A stretch of 40,662 nucleotides of DNA, from the NCBI GenBank assembly GCA_046594035.1, contig JBKJQL010000033.1:1-40662 (forward strand), in the 5' to 3' direction. The translations under genes and the position numbers were made by a program. The stretch comes from Gaiellaceae bacterium (GTDB lineage Bacteria > Actinomycetota > Thermoleophilia > Gaiellales > Gaiellaceae). Below the pieces are notes generated by a model. That model had not been told where the DNA came from. It saw only the letters and a program-made list of their open reading frames with translations, and made no database searches. Below are positions 1 to 8,244 of this stretch, piece after piece. Each line of letters starts with the position of its first letter. The stretch's first letter is position 1.

Positions 1-2
1 TC

Positions 3-566
3 TCGCGCGCCACGCGCGAGATCCACGACGGTCTCGCGCAGTACCTCTTCGCCGTCTCGACGCACGCGTCGATGCTCAAAGCGGGCGCCGACCCGGCCGT
101 GACGATCCCACAGCTGAAAGCAGCCGCGCTCGCCGCGCAGCAGGAAGCGCGCTACGCGATCCTCGCGCTGTCCTCCGCGGCGGGGCGCTCGCCGTTCGAC
201 GCAGGTCTCCGCCGGTACGTCGACTTTTTGACCGCCGACGGAGCGCTCGAGGTCGAGCTCGAGATCGACTCGGCGATCGTGCTCGGGCCCGACGAGCAGA
301 TCGAGGTGTTCCGGATCGTGCAGGAGGGCCTCGCGAACGCGCGCAAGCACGCCGGCACGGCGCACGCCTGGGTACAGATCGAGGAGCGCGCCGGGGAACG
401 GTTCGTAACGGTGCGGGACGACGGTGTCGGCTTCGAACAGAGCGAGGGGGGCGCGGGCCAGGGCTTGCGCAACATGCGCGAGCGCGCAACCTCGATCGGC
501 GGGACGCTCACGCTTCGTTCGGCTCCGGGCTCGGGCACGGCGCTCGAAGTCGCACTGCGCACCTAG
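3..566 (+). CDS. Sensor histidine kinase, C-terminal part (HisKA_3-type H-box plus HATPase_c); 5-prime end lies off-window
   Basis: Frame 3 is open from the window edge. It reads REIHDGLAQYLF (NarL/DesK-type H-box), EVFRIVQEGLANARKHA (N-box), VRDDGVGF (G1) and GQGLRNMRERA..GGTL (G2). Track ORF 72..566 is the internal-Met remainder. Confidence 0.85.
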   Translation, partial: SRATREIHDGLAQYLFAVSTHASMLKAGADPAVTIPQLKAAALAAQQEARYAILALSSAAGRSPFDAGLRRYVDFLTADGALEVELEIDSAIVLGPDEQIEVFRIVQEGLANARKHAGTAHAWVQIEERAGERFVTVRDDGVGFEQSEGGAGQGLRNMRERATSIGGTLTLRSAPGSGTALEVALRT

Positions 567-777
567 AGGCTTATGTGAAACGCACGCGCATCCGTGGCTG
601 GTGACTCAGACGCAGCGCCCTCATTCGATTCGTCGCATAGGTGGGTCACGTTGTGAAACGCCGCTAACGACCGATGCCAGGTATGCACCGCCGGTCCAGC
701 CCCGGTTGCTATCGATCCCTCCCGAGTGCACCATTAGATTCAGTCCGGACCGAAGCAGCACGAACCCACTCGCCGGC

Positions 778-1956
778 TCAAAACTCGACAAGGAAGCTCG
801 GCTGGAAAGTTTCATTTGTCGGCCTGACACCCGCGATCCGGTCGACACGGTAGCCACGCAACTGGCCGCGCTCGTTGACGACAAACAGGATGAGGTTGCC
901 GTCCCGCGTGCGCCGCACGGAGTAGGGCTCGACGCGCCGCGGAACCTGCCGACCGTCCTCAGCCCGGTAATCAATCTCGACCTTCAATCGGTTGGCCCCG
1001 GCGTAACGGATTAGTTCGAACGGGAAGCCGCGCTGCCAGGAGGTGATCGCTCGGGGGGCAACCCATGCAGGGTCGAGATCGGCGCGCCGAGCGCGCTGCG
1101 GAAGCACGAGCGCGACCTCGCCTGCGAGCCACGCGAAGACCTCGTCGAGAGTCGCCCAGAAATCGGCGAAGGGCGGCAGCGGCTGCGGCAACTGATGGCC
1201 GAGCATGTTCTCCCACTCGCGCTCGATCTCATCGCGGTAAGGCGACGCGCGGATAATCTCCGCCGTGGGGATCTCAATGCCGACATGGGCGCACTTCTGC
1301 GCGAGTACGGCCGCGACCGCCTGCGCTTGACCGACAAGATCGGGATGCCGGTGCATGTGCACGACGTCGTACAGGTCGCGTGGCCGGCAGCGCTCGCTGA
1401 GCGCTCGCAGCTTCTCGCCGAACAATTCGACGAGCGCATAGCAGACGGCACCGTCGCCCGGGAGCGGTGCGTCGCTGTACTGGTGGCCGATGGCGCGCGG
1501 CACGACCTGCTCGACGACCACCTCGTCGGCGGTGATGTCGAGCTTCACCTTGGGAAGCTGGAGTGGTGGGTTCGGGCCGCGATAAGCGATCCGCGCCTGT
1601 GTCGTCGGGTTGCCGCGACGGTTGCGGCGACGCCGGAACGTCGCCTCGTCGACGACGAGTTCGATGCCCGACTCCTCGCGCACCCACTCCGCGATCGCGC
1701 CGAAGATCCGCGGCAGGTCCTCGGGCGCCTCCGGCCCGCCGTCGACCACGCTGAAGTCCAGGTCTTCGGAGAAGCGGTACGTCTCGCAGTAGCACTTGCG
1801 CAGGCAGGTGCCACCCTTGAACACCCAGGTGCCGGCGAGGTCAGCGTTATTGGCGATGCCGGCCAGTAGCCAGCCGAGCACGTAATCCTTTTCGATCACC
1901 CCGACATCGAGCGACCACTCGGCGCGAAGTTCGAAGAGCTCGCGCGCGGGGATCAC
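778..1956 (-). CDS. abiEii: AbiEii/AbiGii-family nucleotidyltransferase toxin (DUF1814) with a roughly 90 aa C-terminal WYL-like extension
   Basis: N-terminal LDVGVIEKDYVLGWLL..WVFKGGTCLRKCY..YRFSEDLDFS is the AbiEii signature. The C-terminus reads KVEIDYRAEDGRQVPRRVEPYSVRRTRDGNLILFVVNERGQLRGYRVDRIAGV..ETF. The track ORF runs to ATG 2001; I prefer GTG at 1956, which overlaps the upstream TGA as GTGA. Confidence 0.8.
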   Translation of the reverse strand: MIPARELFELRAEWSLDVGVIEKDYVLGWLLAGIANNADLAGTWVFKGGTCLRKCYCETYRFSEDLDFSVVDGGPEAPEDLPRIFGAIAEWVREESGIELVVDEATFRRRRNRRGNPTTQARIAYRGPNPPLQLPKVKLDITADEVVVEQVVPRAIGHQYSDAPLPGDGAVCYALVELFGEKLRALSERCRPRDLYDVVHMHRHPDLVGQAQAVAAVLAQKCAHVGIEIPTAEIIRASPYRDEIEREWENMLGHQLPQPLPPFADFWATLDEVFAWLAGEVALVLPQRARRADLDPAWVAPRAITSWQRGFPFELIRYAGANRLKVEIDYRAEDGRQVPRRVEPYSVRRTRDGNLILFVVNERGQLRGYRVDRIAGVRPTNETFQPSFLVEF

Positions 1957-2786
1957 GAAGGTTCTTCCGGTTCGACCCGGACGTTGATCCGCAGTCCCCA
2001 TCGAGTCACACGCCGACCGTCCTTCGGCCCGTCGGGTTCGAGCAGCGAGACGCCTGCGGAGATGCGCTCGCGACAGGCTGCGATCAGGTTTGCGTGATCC
2101 AGCTGGAGCGCCTCGACGAGGTATCCGAGTCGCTTGAAGACGGCCTTGTTCCCCAGCAGGTCGCCATACTCGACGAGCGTGGCCGGGTCGTGATCGTCAA
2201 GGTAAGCGGCCAGTATCTCGGCTGAGTGGCGGATGCCGCCGCCGAACCGAGGCGTGTCGAGGATGTCGACCACATTGCGCGCTGGATCGGCGATGCGCAA
2301 GCGGACATCACCCCGCCATTCCGTCTTGATTCCCCACTCCAAGGCTTCCGCCGAGATGTGGCTGAGCAGGTAGTCGTGGTCGAGCAAGCGGACGGACGAG
2401 GCTCGCACCCGTTCGGTCGTCTTGAGGACGGTGGTGCGAAAGACCTGCTCGGTGAGCGCCCAGTGGTTGGCCGCGGTCCAGCCGGTGAAGTAGCAGGGGG
2501 ACCAGACCGCCGCGGCGACGATGAGGGCGTCCTCGGACCAGGCGGTGGGGCTGCTCGCGTCGACGGGAACCGGGATGTAGAGGCCGCGCCGGGCGCGCCG
2601 GAGCCAGCCGTCGGCGGCCCACCGCGACAGCTTCTTTGCGGCCGTGTCGGCGTCGACGCCGAGGGCCTCGACGACGTTAGTCGGCGTGACGAACCGGCGG
2701 CCGGCGCCGAGAACTGCCGTCAGCTCGGCCCGCCCCTTGGCGCCTATCCCCGCCGCGGTCGACATCGACATACCATCAACTCCCAT
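1953..2786 (-). CDS. abiEi: AbiEi-family antitoxin / transcriptional regulator (type IV TA)
   Basis: 277 aa ORF directly upstream of abiEii and coupled to it. N-terminal wHTH-like segment VTPTNVVEALGVDADTAAKKLSRWAADGWLRRARRGLY, followed by an AbiEi_4-like C-terminal domain. Alternative ATG starts at 2771 and 2765. Confidence 0.8.
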   Translation of the reverse strand: MGVDGMSMSTAAGIGAKGRAELTAVLGAGRRFVTPTNVVEALGVDADTAAKKLSRWAADGWLRRARRGLYIPVPVDASSPTAWSEDALIVAAAVWSPCYFTGWTAANHWALTEQVFRTTVLKTTERVRASSVRLLDHDYLLSHISAEALEWGIKTEWRGDVRLRIADPARNVVDILDTPRFGGGIRHSAEILAAYLDDHDPATLVEYGDLLGNKAVFKRLGYLVEALQLDHANLIAACRERISAGVSLLEPDGPKDGRRVTRWGLRINVRVEPEEPS

Positions 2787-2841
2787 CAGCTGTGATGTAC
2801 GGGATCAATGATACCACTACCTCCAAGCCAGCACATCGCCC

Positions 2842-2889
2842 CTGAAGAGAGGTGATGGCTTTTTTGTGTCGTGATTCTGTCCTCTTCAG
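2842..2889. promoter_or_regulatory. Inverted repeat CTGAAGAG..CTCTTCAG in the lower-GC region upstream of abiEi; candidate operator
   Basis: ctgaagag (2842-2849) is the reverse complement of ctcttcag (2882-2889). The roughly 32 nt spacer is T-rich (ggcttttttgtgtcgtgattc). Confidence 0.3.
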
Positions 2890-2961
2890 CCTACCGACCG
2901 GGCGCCTTGAGCCCCGCCGGACCGGCTGCTATGTCGATTTTCTCCGGCAAAGGCGCACATA

Positions 2962-2987
2962 GAGAAGCCCCGCAAGCGGGGCTTCTC
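2962..2987 (-). terminator. 11 bp stem / 4 nt loop hairpin immediately 3-prime of rnpB
   Basis: gagaagccccg-caag-cggggcttctc pairs perfectly. No U-tract follows on the minus strand, so it could be a processing or stability hairpin rather than a canonical intrinsic terminator. Confidence 0.45.
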
Positions 2988-2989
2988 GT

Positions 2990-3321
<332 letters not shown>

Positions 3322-3336
<15 letters not shown>

Positions 3337-3585
3337 GTCGTATTCTAGCCCGTTTTCCAGCGCATCTTCGTCCGCGAGCTGACTGCTGCACTCGGGGCAG
3401 AAGATGCTTCCGCCGCGTGCGTGCATCACGAACTCCCCGCAGACGAGGCACTCGAGCGAAGCTCCACGCAGCAGCGCGGTCAGCTCCTGGTCGAGTGTCC
3501 GGTGCAGCGATGCGACCCGGGTCACTTCGTACAACGTCGTCATCAGATGATTGGTTCCCAATGCGAGTGCCTGTGGGGAGGGCAT
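3322..3585 (-). CDS. Small zinc-ribbon protein (CxxC..CxxC), function unknown
   Basis: 87 aa ORF with high GC3. Motifs CLVCGEFV and FCPECSS. Start is uncertain (ATG 3585 or ATG 3543). Its last roughly 13 nt overlap the inferred rnpB 5-prime end. Confidence 0.5.
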
Positions 3586-3600
3586 GTACCAAGCAGCGTG

Positions 3601-3652
3601 GTCGCCTCGACCGGCGTAAAGGGCCGTAGCCCTTGGTGCCGGTCGAGGCGGC
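3601..3652. other. Long nested hairpin between lexA and the zinc-ribbon ORF
   Basis: cgcctcgaccggc (3603-3615) pairs perfectly with gccggtcgaggcg (3638-3650). An inner stem aagggc/gccctt (3619-3624 / 3629-3634) has loop cgta. No U-tract follows. Confidence 0.5.
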
Positions 3653-3710
3653 CGCGATGCGCCGCGTACAGGCCCCCATCCACAGGTGCTTGGTATTCGG
3701 AATCACTCAT

Positions 3711-4337
3711 CTAAAGCTCCCGGAAGACCCCCACGACGCGCCCGAGGATCTGGACGTGCTTGGCGTAGATCGGCTCCAGGGATGCGTTCTCGGGCTGGAG
3801 GCGGACGCGCCCCTGCTCCTTGTAGAAGGTCTTGACCGTCGCCTCGTCCGTGGACTCGTCGTCGCCGGCGAGCGCAACGACGATCTCGCCGTTCCGTGCG
3901 TCCTGCGCGCGCTGCACGATCACGAGGTCACCGTCGAGAATGCCTGCCCCGATCATCGACTCGCCCTTGACGCGCAGCAGGAAGTCGCCCTTCGTCGAGG
4001 ACGGCATCGGGACGAACTCCTCGATGTTCTCCTCCGCGAGCATCGGGCCGCCGGCGGCAATCTGGCCGACGAGCGGGAGCCGCAGCACGTCGCCCAGCTC
4101 ACCGGCGACCGGCTGCGCTTCGCGGCGCTCGCGGCCGATCAGCTCGAGAGCGCGCGGCTTCGTCGGGTCACGCCGAAGCAGGCCGGCCCGCTCGAGGTTC
4201 GCGAGGTGGGCGTGCACCGTGGACGGCGAGGCAAGGCCCACCTGCTCCCCGATCTCGCGCACGGTCGGCGGGTAGCCGTGCCGGTCGACGTACTCGACGA
4301 GGTAGTTCCAGATCTCTTGTTGACGGGCGGTGAGCAC
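3711..4337 (-). CDS. lexA: LexA repressor (S24 autopeptidase)
   Basis: MLTARQQEIWNYLVEYVDRHGYPPTVREIGE..VKGESMIGAGILDGDLVIV..NGEIVVAL. GTG start at 4337 is preceded by GGAGGAG. Confidence 0.95.
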   Translation of the reverse strand: MLTARQQEIWNYLVEYVDRHGYPPTVREIGEQVGLASPSTVHAHLANLERAGLLRRDPTKPRALELIGRERREAQPVAGELGDVLRLPLVGQIAAGGPMLAEENIEEFVPMPSSTKGDFLLRVKGESMIGAGILDGDLVIVQRAQDARNGEIVVALAGDDESTDEATVKTFYKEQGRVRLQPENASLEPIYAKHVQILGRVVGVFREL

Positions 4338-4379
4338 TCGCGCTCCTCCGTTGAAGGTCCGTAAGGGGTTGCTACTGGG

Positions 4380-4395
4380 TCGAACGTGTGTTCGC
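4380..4395. promoter_or_regulatory. SOS box (Gram-positive/actinobacterial type GAAC-N4-GTTC) upstream of lexA
   Basis: tcGAACgtgtGTTCgc lies 43 nt upstream of the lexA GTG. It matches TCGAAC-N4-GTTCGA at all but the last position. Confidence 0.8.
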
Positions 4396-4450
4396 GACCA
4401 GAGTAGAGACTCCTGCGGACGGCGTCAACGCCAATTTCAACGTCGCGCCC

Positions 4451-4482
4451 GGAAAGGAAAAAGCCGCCCCGGGGGGCGGCTT
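4451..4482 (-). terminator. Intrinsic terminator after tRNA-Leu
   Basis: The minus strand reads aaGCCGCCCCccGGGGCGGCtttttcctttcc, a GC stem followed by a T-run. Confidence 0.7.
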
Positions 4483-4485
4483 GCA

Positions 4486-4569
4486 TGCGCTGGAGAGGAC
4501 TTGAACCTCCACGGCCGTTAAGCCACTAGGCCCTCAACCTAGCGCGTCTACCAATTCCGCCACCAGCGC
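4486..4569 (-). tRNA. tRNA-Leu (anticodon GAG), class II with long variable arm; CCA not encoded
   Basis: Minus strand GCGCUGGUGGCGGAAUUGGUAGACGCGCUAGGUUGAGGGCCUAGUGGCUUAACGGCCGUGGAGGUUCAAGUCCUCUCCAGCGCA. Acceptor GCGCUGG/CCAGCGC, anticodon loop UUGAGGG, T-loop GGUUCAAGUCC. Confidence 0.9.
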
Positions 4570-4596
4570 AAGAGAGCGCGCGCAGTGTAGCCAGCG

Positions 4597-5325
4597 TCAG
4601 TCGATCGGGGTGAGCTCACGCTCGAGCGTTTCGCGCTCCGGCTCGAGCCACGGCGGCAGCGAAAGCGCCTGTCCGAGCGACTCCGCAGGCTCGTCGACGG
4701 CGAACCCGGGCGCGTCCGTGGCAATCTCGATCAGGATGCCGTCCGGCATCCGGAAGTAGATCGAGCGGAAGTACTTGCGATCTTGCACAGGGGTCGGCTG
4801 CAGCCCCACCTCCGCGAGCCGCACACGCCACGCTTCCTCCTCCGCATCGTCTTTCGTACGCCACGCGATGTGGTGCGTGGTGCCGGCGCCGACCAGCGCC
4901 ACCTCCTCCATGGGCTCCGCGAAGTGCAGCGGGGCGTCCTCGCCAAAGAGGCCGGCGTACAGGTCGGGGTTCCCGATCGCCGAGACGTCGCGCAGCCGCG
5001 GTGCGGGTCCGGGATACAGCCTGAGCCGCAGCCCGTCCGGGTCCTCGACCTCGCTCTCTTCCTCGGCCAGCGGTGTTTCGAGCCCGATCGACTCGAGCGT
5101 TCCCCTGCCGAGGCGGCCAGGATCGGCGCGCGGCCACTCGAAGAACGTGATCAGCGTCCCGGGGCTGCCGGCCTCGTCGCCGAAATAGAGGTGGTAGCTG
5201 TGCGGATCGTCGAAGTTGACGGTCTTCTTCACGAGCGAGAAGCCGAGGCCGTCGCGATAGAAGTCGAGCGTCTGCTGCGCGTTCGAGCACACGCATGTGA
5301 CGTGGTGCAGTCCCGCCAGCTGCAT
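4597..5325 (-). CDS. VOC-superfamily protein (two-domain glyoxalase / ring-cleaving dioxygenase-like)
   Basis: MQLAGLHHVTCVCSNAQQTLDFYRDGLGF..HLYFGDE..PGTLITFFEW, with a second module GTTHHIAWR..YFRSIYFRMPDGILIE. Confidence 0.8.
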   Translation of the reverse strand: MQLAGLHHVTCVCSNAQQTLDFYRDGLGFSLVKKTVNFDDPHSYHLYFGDEAGSPGTLITFFEWPRADPGRLGRGTLESIGLETPLAEEESEVEDPDGLRLRLYPGPAPRLRDVSAIGNPDLYAGLFGEDAPLHFAEPMEEVALVGAGTTHHIAWRTKDDAEEEAWRVRLAEVGLQPTPVQDRKYFRSIYFRMPDGILIEIATDAPGFAVDEPAESLGQALSLPPWLEPERETLERELTPID

Positions 5326-5336
5326 GACGGCAGACG

Positions 5337-5558
5337 TTACTTGAGCAGGCGGAAGAGCAGAACCGTGTTCAGGAAGAACAGCACCGCGACGATGATCGTC
5401 ACGCGCGTCAGGTTCCGCTCGACGATGTGCGTTCCGCCCTGCGACTGCGGGGTGAACCCCATCCCGCCCATGCCGGAATCCCGCCCCGAGTGCATGAGGA
5501 TCAGGCCCACCAGGGCCGCCGAGATCAGAACGTGCAGGACGGAGAAGACCGGAAGCAT
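5337..5558 (-). CDS. secG: Preprotein translocase subunit SecG
   Basis: 73 aa, two TM segments with a Gly-rich linker: LVGLILMHSGRDSGMGGMGF..RNLTRVTIIVAVLFFLNTVLL. Confidence 0.85.
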   Translation of the reverse strand: MLPVFSVLHVLISAALVGLILMHSGRDSGMGGMGFTPQSQGGTHIVERNLTRVTIIVAVLFFLNTVLLFRLLK

Positions 5559-5588
5559 CGCGCGGGAAGGGTAGCTAACGCCGTTGAA

Positions 5589-5966
5589 TCAAGCCGCGGC
5601 GGCGTCGAGAATCGCGCGCACCAGGTCGCCCGCGATCTGATCCTTGGTCACGTACCCCGCCGCGCCGGCCGCCCGGGCCCGAGAGATGTCGTGGTTCGCG
5701 GCGGAGCCGGTGAGCACGATCACCCTCGTGTCCGGCAACTCGTCGCGGATCGCCTTCGTTGCCTCGATCCCGTCCATCACAGGCATCGCGATGTCCATCA
5801 GGACCACGTCGGGAACGTGCTCGCGGGCGAGCTCGAGGGCAGCGCGGCCGTTCTCGGCCCTCCCGACGACCGCGATTCGGCCATCGGTTGAGAGAATCGC
5901 CTCGAGTGCCTCCGCAAAGAGACGCTGGTCGTCGACGATCACGACCCTGACCCGTTCAACCCCCAT
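5589..5966 (-). CDS. Stand-alone response-regulator receiver domain (CheY-like, no output domain)
   Basis: VRVVIVDDQRLF..PDVVLMDIAMPVMDGIEAT..VIVLTG..AGAAGYVTK. The track ORF begins at 6053; I prefer the ATG at 5966 (MGVERVRVVIVDD). Confidence 0.85.
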   Translation of the reverse strand: MGVERVRVVIVDDQRLFAEALEAILSTDGRIAVVGRAENGRAALELAREHVPDVVLMDIAMPVMDGIEATKAIRDELPDTRVIVLTGSAANHDISRARAAGAAGYVTKDQIAGDLVRAILDAAAA

Positions 5967-5988
5967 ACGCCACGTACCGTATCGCCCG

Positions 5989-6219
5989 ATGGACACAACA
6001 GAGGCTCGTGAAAAGATCCACAACCTCCTCTTGACCGGTGACAACCGGCTCAAGCAGGGCGTCTCCGCGGAGAAGATTCGCCAGAACTACGAGGAAGCAC
6101 TGGCGATCGCCCGTGCGCACGGGCTCGAGGAGAGCGTCGGTCCGCTCGTCGAGATCAGGCTGAACGACCTCGAACGGCTCGCTGGAGGATCGCCTCCACC
6201 CGCTCCGCCTGACGCCTGA
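5989..6219 (+). CDS. Hypothetical 76 aa protein (weak call)
   Basis: Internal ATG of track ORF 5644..6219 (MDTTEAREKIHNLLLTGDN..). It is divergent from the receiver gene with a 22 nt gap, and TACCGT lies 8 nt upstream. Its 3-prime end overlaps the convergent glycosyltransferase by 65 nt, which argues against it. Confidence 0.3.
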   Translation: MDTTEAREKIHNLLLTGDNRLKQGVSAEKIRQNYEEALAIARAHGLEESVGPLVEIRLNDLERLAGGSPPPAPPDA

Positions 6220-7144
6220 CGTCGTGCTCCGCCGCTGCCGCCCGCGCGGCCGGGTTCGGTGACGGCAGCCCCGAGGCGATCTCGAGCGCACGCGCGATCT
6301 CCGCGGTGTCGAGCGGATCGACGAGAACGCCCGCCTCGTCGCGGACGAACTCGGGCGGGCCGCCGATGCGCGTCGCGACGACGCTCCGCTCGCACGCCAT
6401 CGCCTCGAGCAGCGCCTGGCCGAACGGCTCGACGAGTGCAGGCCCGCACACGACGTCGGCAGCGCTGAGCCAGCGCGGCACGTCGTCGTGCGCAACGCGA
6501 CCGACCACGCGGACTCCATCACGCCCCTCCAGTCGCGCCCGCAGCGGCCCGTCTCCCACGAACGTGAGCGAGCCGCGCCCGAACTGCGCAAACGCATCGG
6601 CAAGCCGCACGACGTTCTTGCGCTCGGTGAGCGAGCCGACGTGGACGAAGGCGGGTGACGCCAGCTGCTCGGCGGGCTCCACTGCGCAGAAGCGCTCGAG
6701 GTCGACCCCGGAGTTGACCACTTCAGTCTTCCCGCGCGCCTCGGGGAGGCGCTCCTCCAGCTCCCGGCGCAGGTACTCCGAGACCGCGATCACCGTCGAG
6801 GCACGCTCTACGACCGTGCGCGTCAGGCGCGCTATGCCCGGGATCGCTCCGATGTTCCGGACGTCGCGGCCATGCGCGGTCACGACGAGCGGCGCACCTA
6901 CCTTCGAGGCGATCAGCCCCGCCGGGACGAGGAAGTGCGCCCACACCACGTCCGGGCGCGGTGCTGCGCGCACCCGGCGGCGCAGCTCGAGGAACCGCAG
7001 CTTTCCGCCCGCACGCCGGTCGAGCACCGCCAGGTCGATTTCGTGCCCGCGCTCGCGGAGCGCGCGCTCCAGCTGCGCGACGAACGAGCCGAGGTCCGGA
7101 TCGTCCGGACCGGGGTACATCTGGGAGACGAGCAGGATGCGCAC
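6155..7144 (-). CDS. GT4-family glycosyltransferase
   Basis: VRILLVSQMYPGPDDPDLGSFV..VVTAHGRDV..FVGDGPLR..LVEPFGQALLEAMACERSVVATRIGGPPEFV (E-x7-E region). The track ORF extends to 7621 across the upstream permease; I prefer GTG at 7144. Confidence 0.85.
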   Translation of the reverse strand: MRILLVSQMYPGPDDPDLGSFVAQLERALRERGHEIDLAVLDRRAGGKLRFLELRRRVRAAPRPDVVWAHFLVPAGLIASKVGAPLVVTAHGRDVRNIGAIPGIARLTRTVVERASTVIAVSEYLRRELEERLPEARGKTEVVNSGVDLERFCAVEPAEQLASPAFVHVGSLTERKNVVRLADAFAQFGRGSLTFVGDGPLRARLEGRDGVRVVGRVAHDDVPRWLSAADVVCGPALVEPFGQALLEAMACERSVVATRIGGPPEFVRDEAGVLVDPLDTAEIARALEIASGLPSPNPAARAAAAEHDVRRQAERVEAILQRAVRGRSA

Positions 7145-7158
7145 GCGCGGATTGTCGT

Positions 7159-8244
7159 CTACCCGGCGCGGCCGAGTAGGCGTTGTACGCCGCGGCTCTT
7201 CCGCGTGACCCTCGGATCGATCGCGAGCAGCACCAGATCGGCCACGAGATTGAGCACGATGATCGCGGATGCGGCGACCATGGTGACCGCGAGGATCACC
7301 GGCAGGTCGTAGCCCTGGAAGCCTGCGAGCGCGCGGATCATCGTCCGCCCGAGGCCGGGGAGGCCGAAGACGGTCTCGATGTACATCGCGATCCCGATCG
7401 CCATGCCTGCGTCCATCGCCGTCATCGTCACGACCGGCGCGATTGCATTCCGGAGCGCATGCACGCGAATCACGCGGAACTCCGAAGCGCCCTTCGCCCG
7501 CGCCGTTCGCACCCACGGCTCCTCGAGCACCTCGAGCATCCGCGCGCGCACGATCCGCATGTAGAGCGCGACGAAAAACAACGCGAACGTGAGCCACGGC
7601 AGGAGCAAATGCCACGCCCATTCACCGACCCCGCCGCACGGCCGGGGCACGCCGGTCGGCGCGAAACGCTCCCAGGCGGTGATCTGCGCCTTGGACGGCG
7701 AGCTCACGGTGCAATAGCCGGACGCGGGCAAGAGCTTCCACTTGTTGCCGACGAAGAGCTGCAGCAGCAAGCCGACGACGAGCGGGTGCGTCGAAATGGC
7801 CGCGACCGACAGGCCGAGCGAGAGCCGGTCGATCAGCGACCGTGGTCGCGTCGCTGCAAAGGTGCCAAGCGGCACCGCGACGAGCAGCAACAGCACGAAG
7901 CCGCCGAGCACGAGCGACCCGGTGACGAGCGCCGCCTTCCAGACCAGCTGACCGACGGGCGCCCCTTCGACGCGGCCGTTCGAAAAGACGACCGTCGGCC
8001 ACGACAGGCCGAAGTCGCCGTGCAGCAGACGGCCCAGATACTTCGTGTACTGCACGACGGCAGGCTTGTCGGTGCCGAGGAGGTGATGCGCATCCGCGAT
8101 CTGCTGCGGCGATGCGTGCTGCACGTCCACGATGAACCCGGCCGGGTCTGCGGGGACCTTGAGGTAGATGGCGAACGTGATCGCCGAGAGGATCCACAGC
8201 AAAACGATCGCGATCCCGATCCGGCGAAGCGTGTACCCGAGCAT
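7159..8244 (-). CDS. ABC transporter permease, DppB/OppB type
   Basis: MLGYTLRRIGIAIVLLWILSAITFAIY.. with the EAA-loop region WVRTARAKGASEFRVIRVHALRNA. Its ATG shares one base with the upstream TGA (TGATG). Confidence 0.9.
   Translation of the reverse strand: MLGYTLRRIGIAIVLLWILSAITFAIYLKVPADPAGFIVDVQHASPQQIADAHHLLGTDKPAVVQYTKYLGRLLHGDFGLSWPTVVFSNGRVEGAPVGQLVWKAALVTGSLVLGGFVLLLLVAVPLGTFAATRPRSLIDRLSLGLSVAAISTHPLVVGLLLQLFVGNKWKLLPASGYCTVSSPSKAQITAWERFAPTGVPRPCGGVGEWAWHLLLPWLTFALFFVALYMRIVRARMLEVLEEPWVRTARAKGASEFRVIRVHALRNAIAPVVTMTAMDAGMAIGIAMYIETVFGLPGLGRTMIRALAGFQGYDLPVILAVTMVAASAIIVLNLVADLVLLAIDPRVTRKSRGVQRLLGRAG

Noticed and set aside
685-724. A possible att-like direct repeat flanking the AbiE module: 685..724 gcaccgccggtccagccccggttgctatcgatccctcccg versus 2911..2947 gccccgccggaccggctgctatgtcgattttctccgg.
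   Set aside because: Only about 27 matching positions, and the alignment needs three gaps. That is too weak in GC-rich sequence to call an attachment-site duplication, and no integrase is present.
6155-7621. N-terminally extended versions of real genes in the ORF track. Examples: GT4 to 7621, moaDE from 10262, selA from 14376, fdhD to 30623, mobA to 29814, VOC to 37939, GST to 38523.
   Set aside because: The extensions overlap well-supported neighbouring genes and are Arg/Asp-rich with no motifs. Conserved N-terminal motifs begin right after internal GTG/ATG codons, which also give ATGA/GTGA coupling or sensible spacing.
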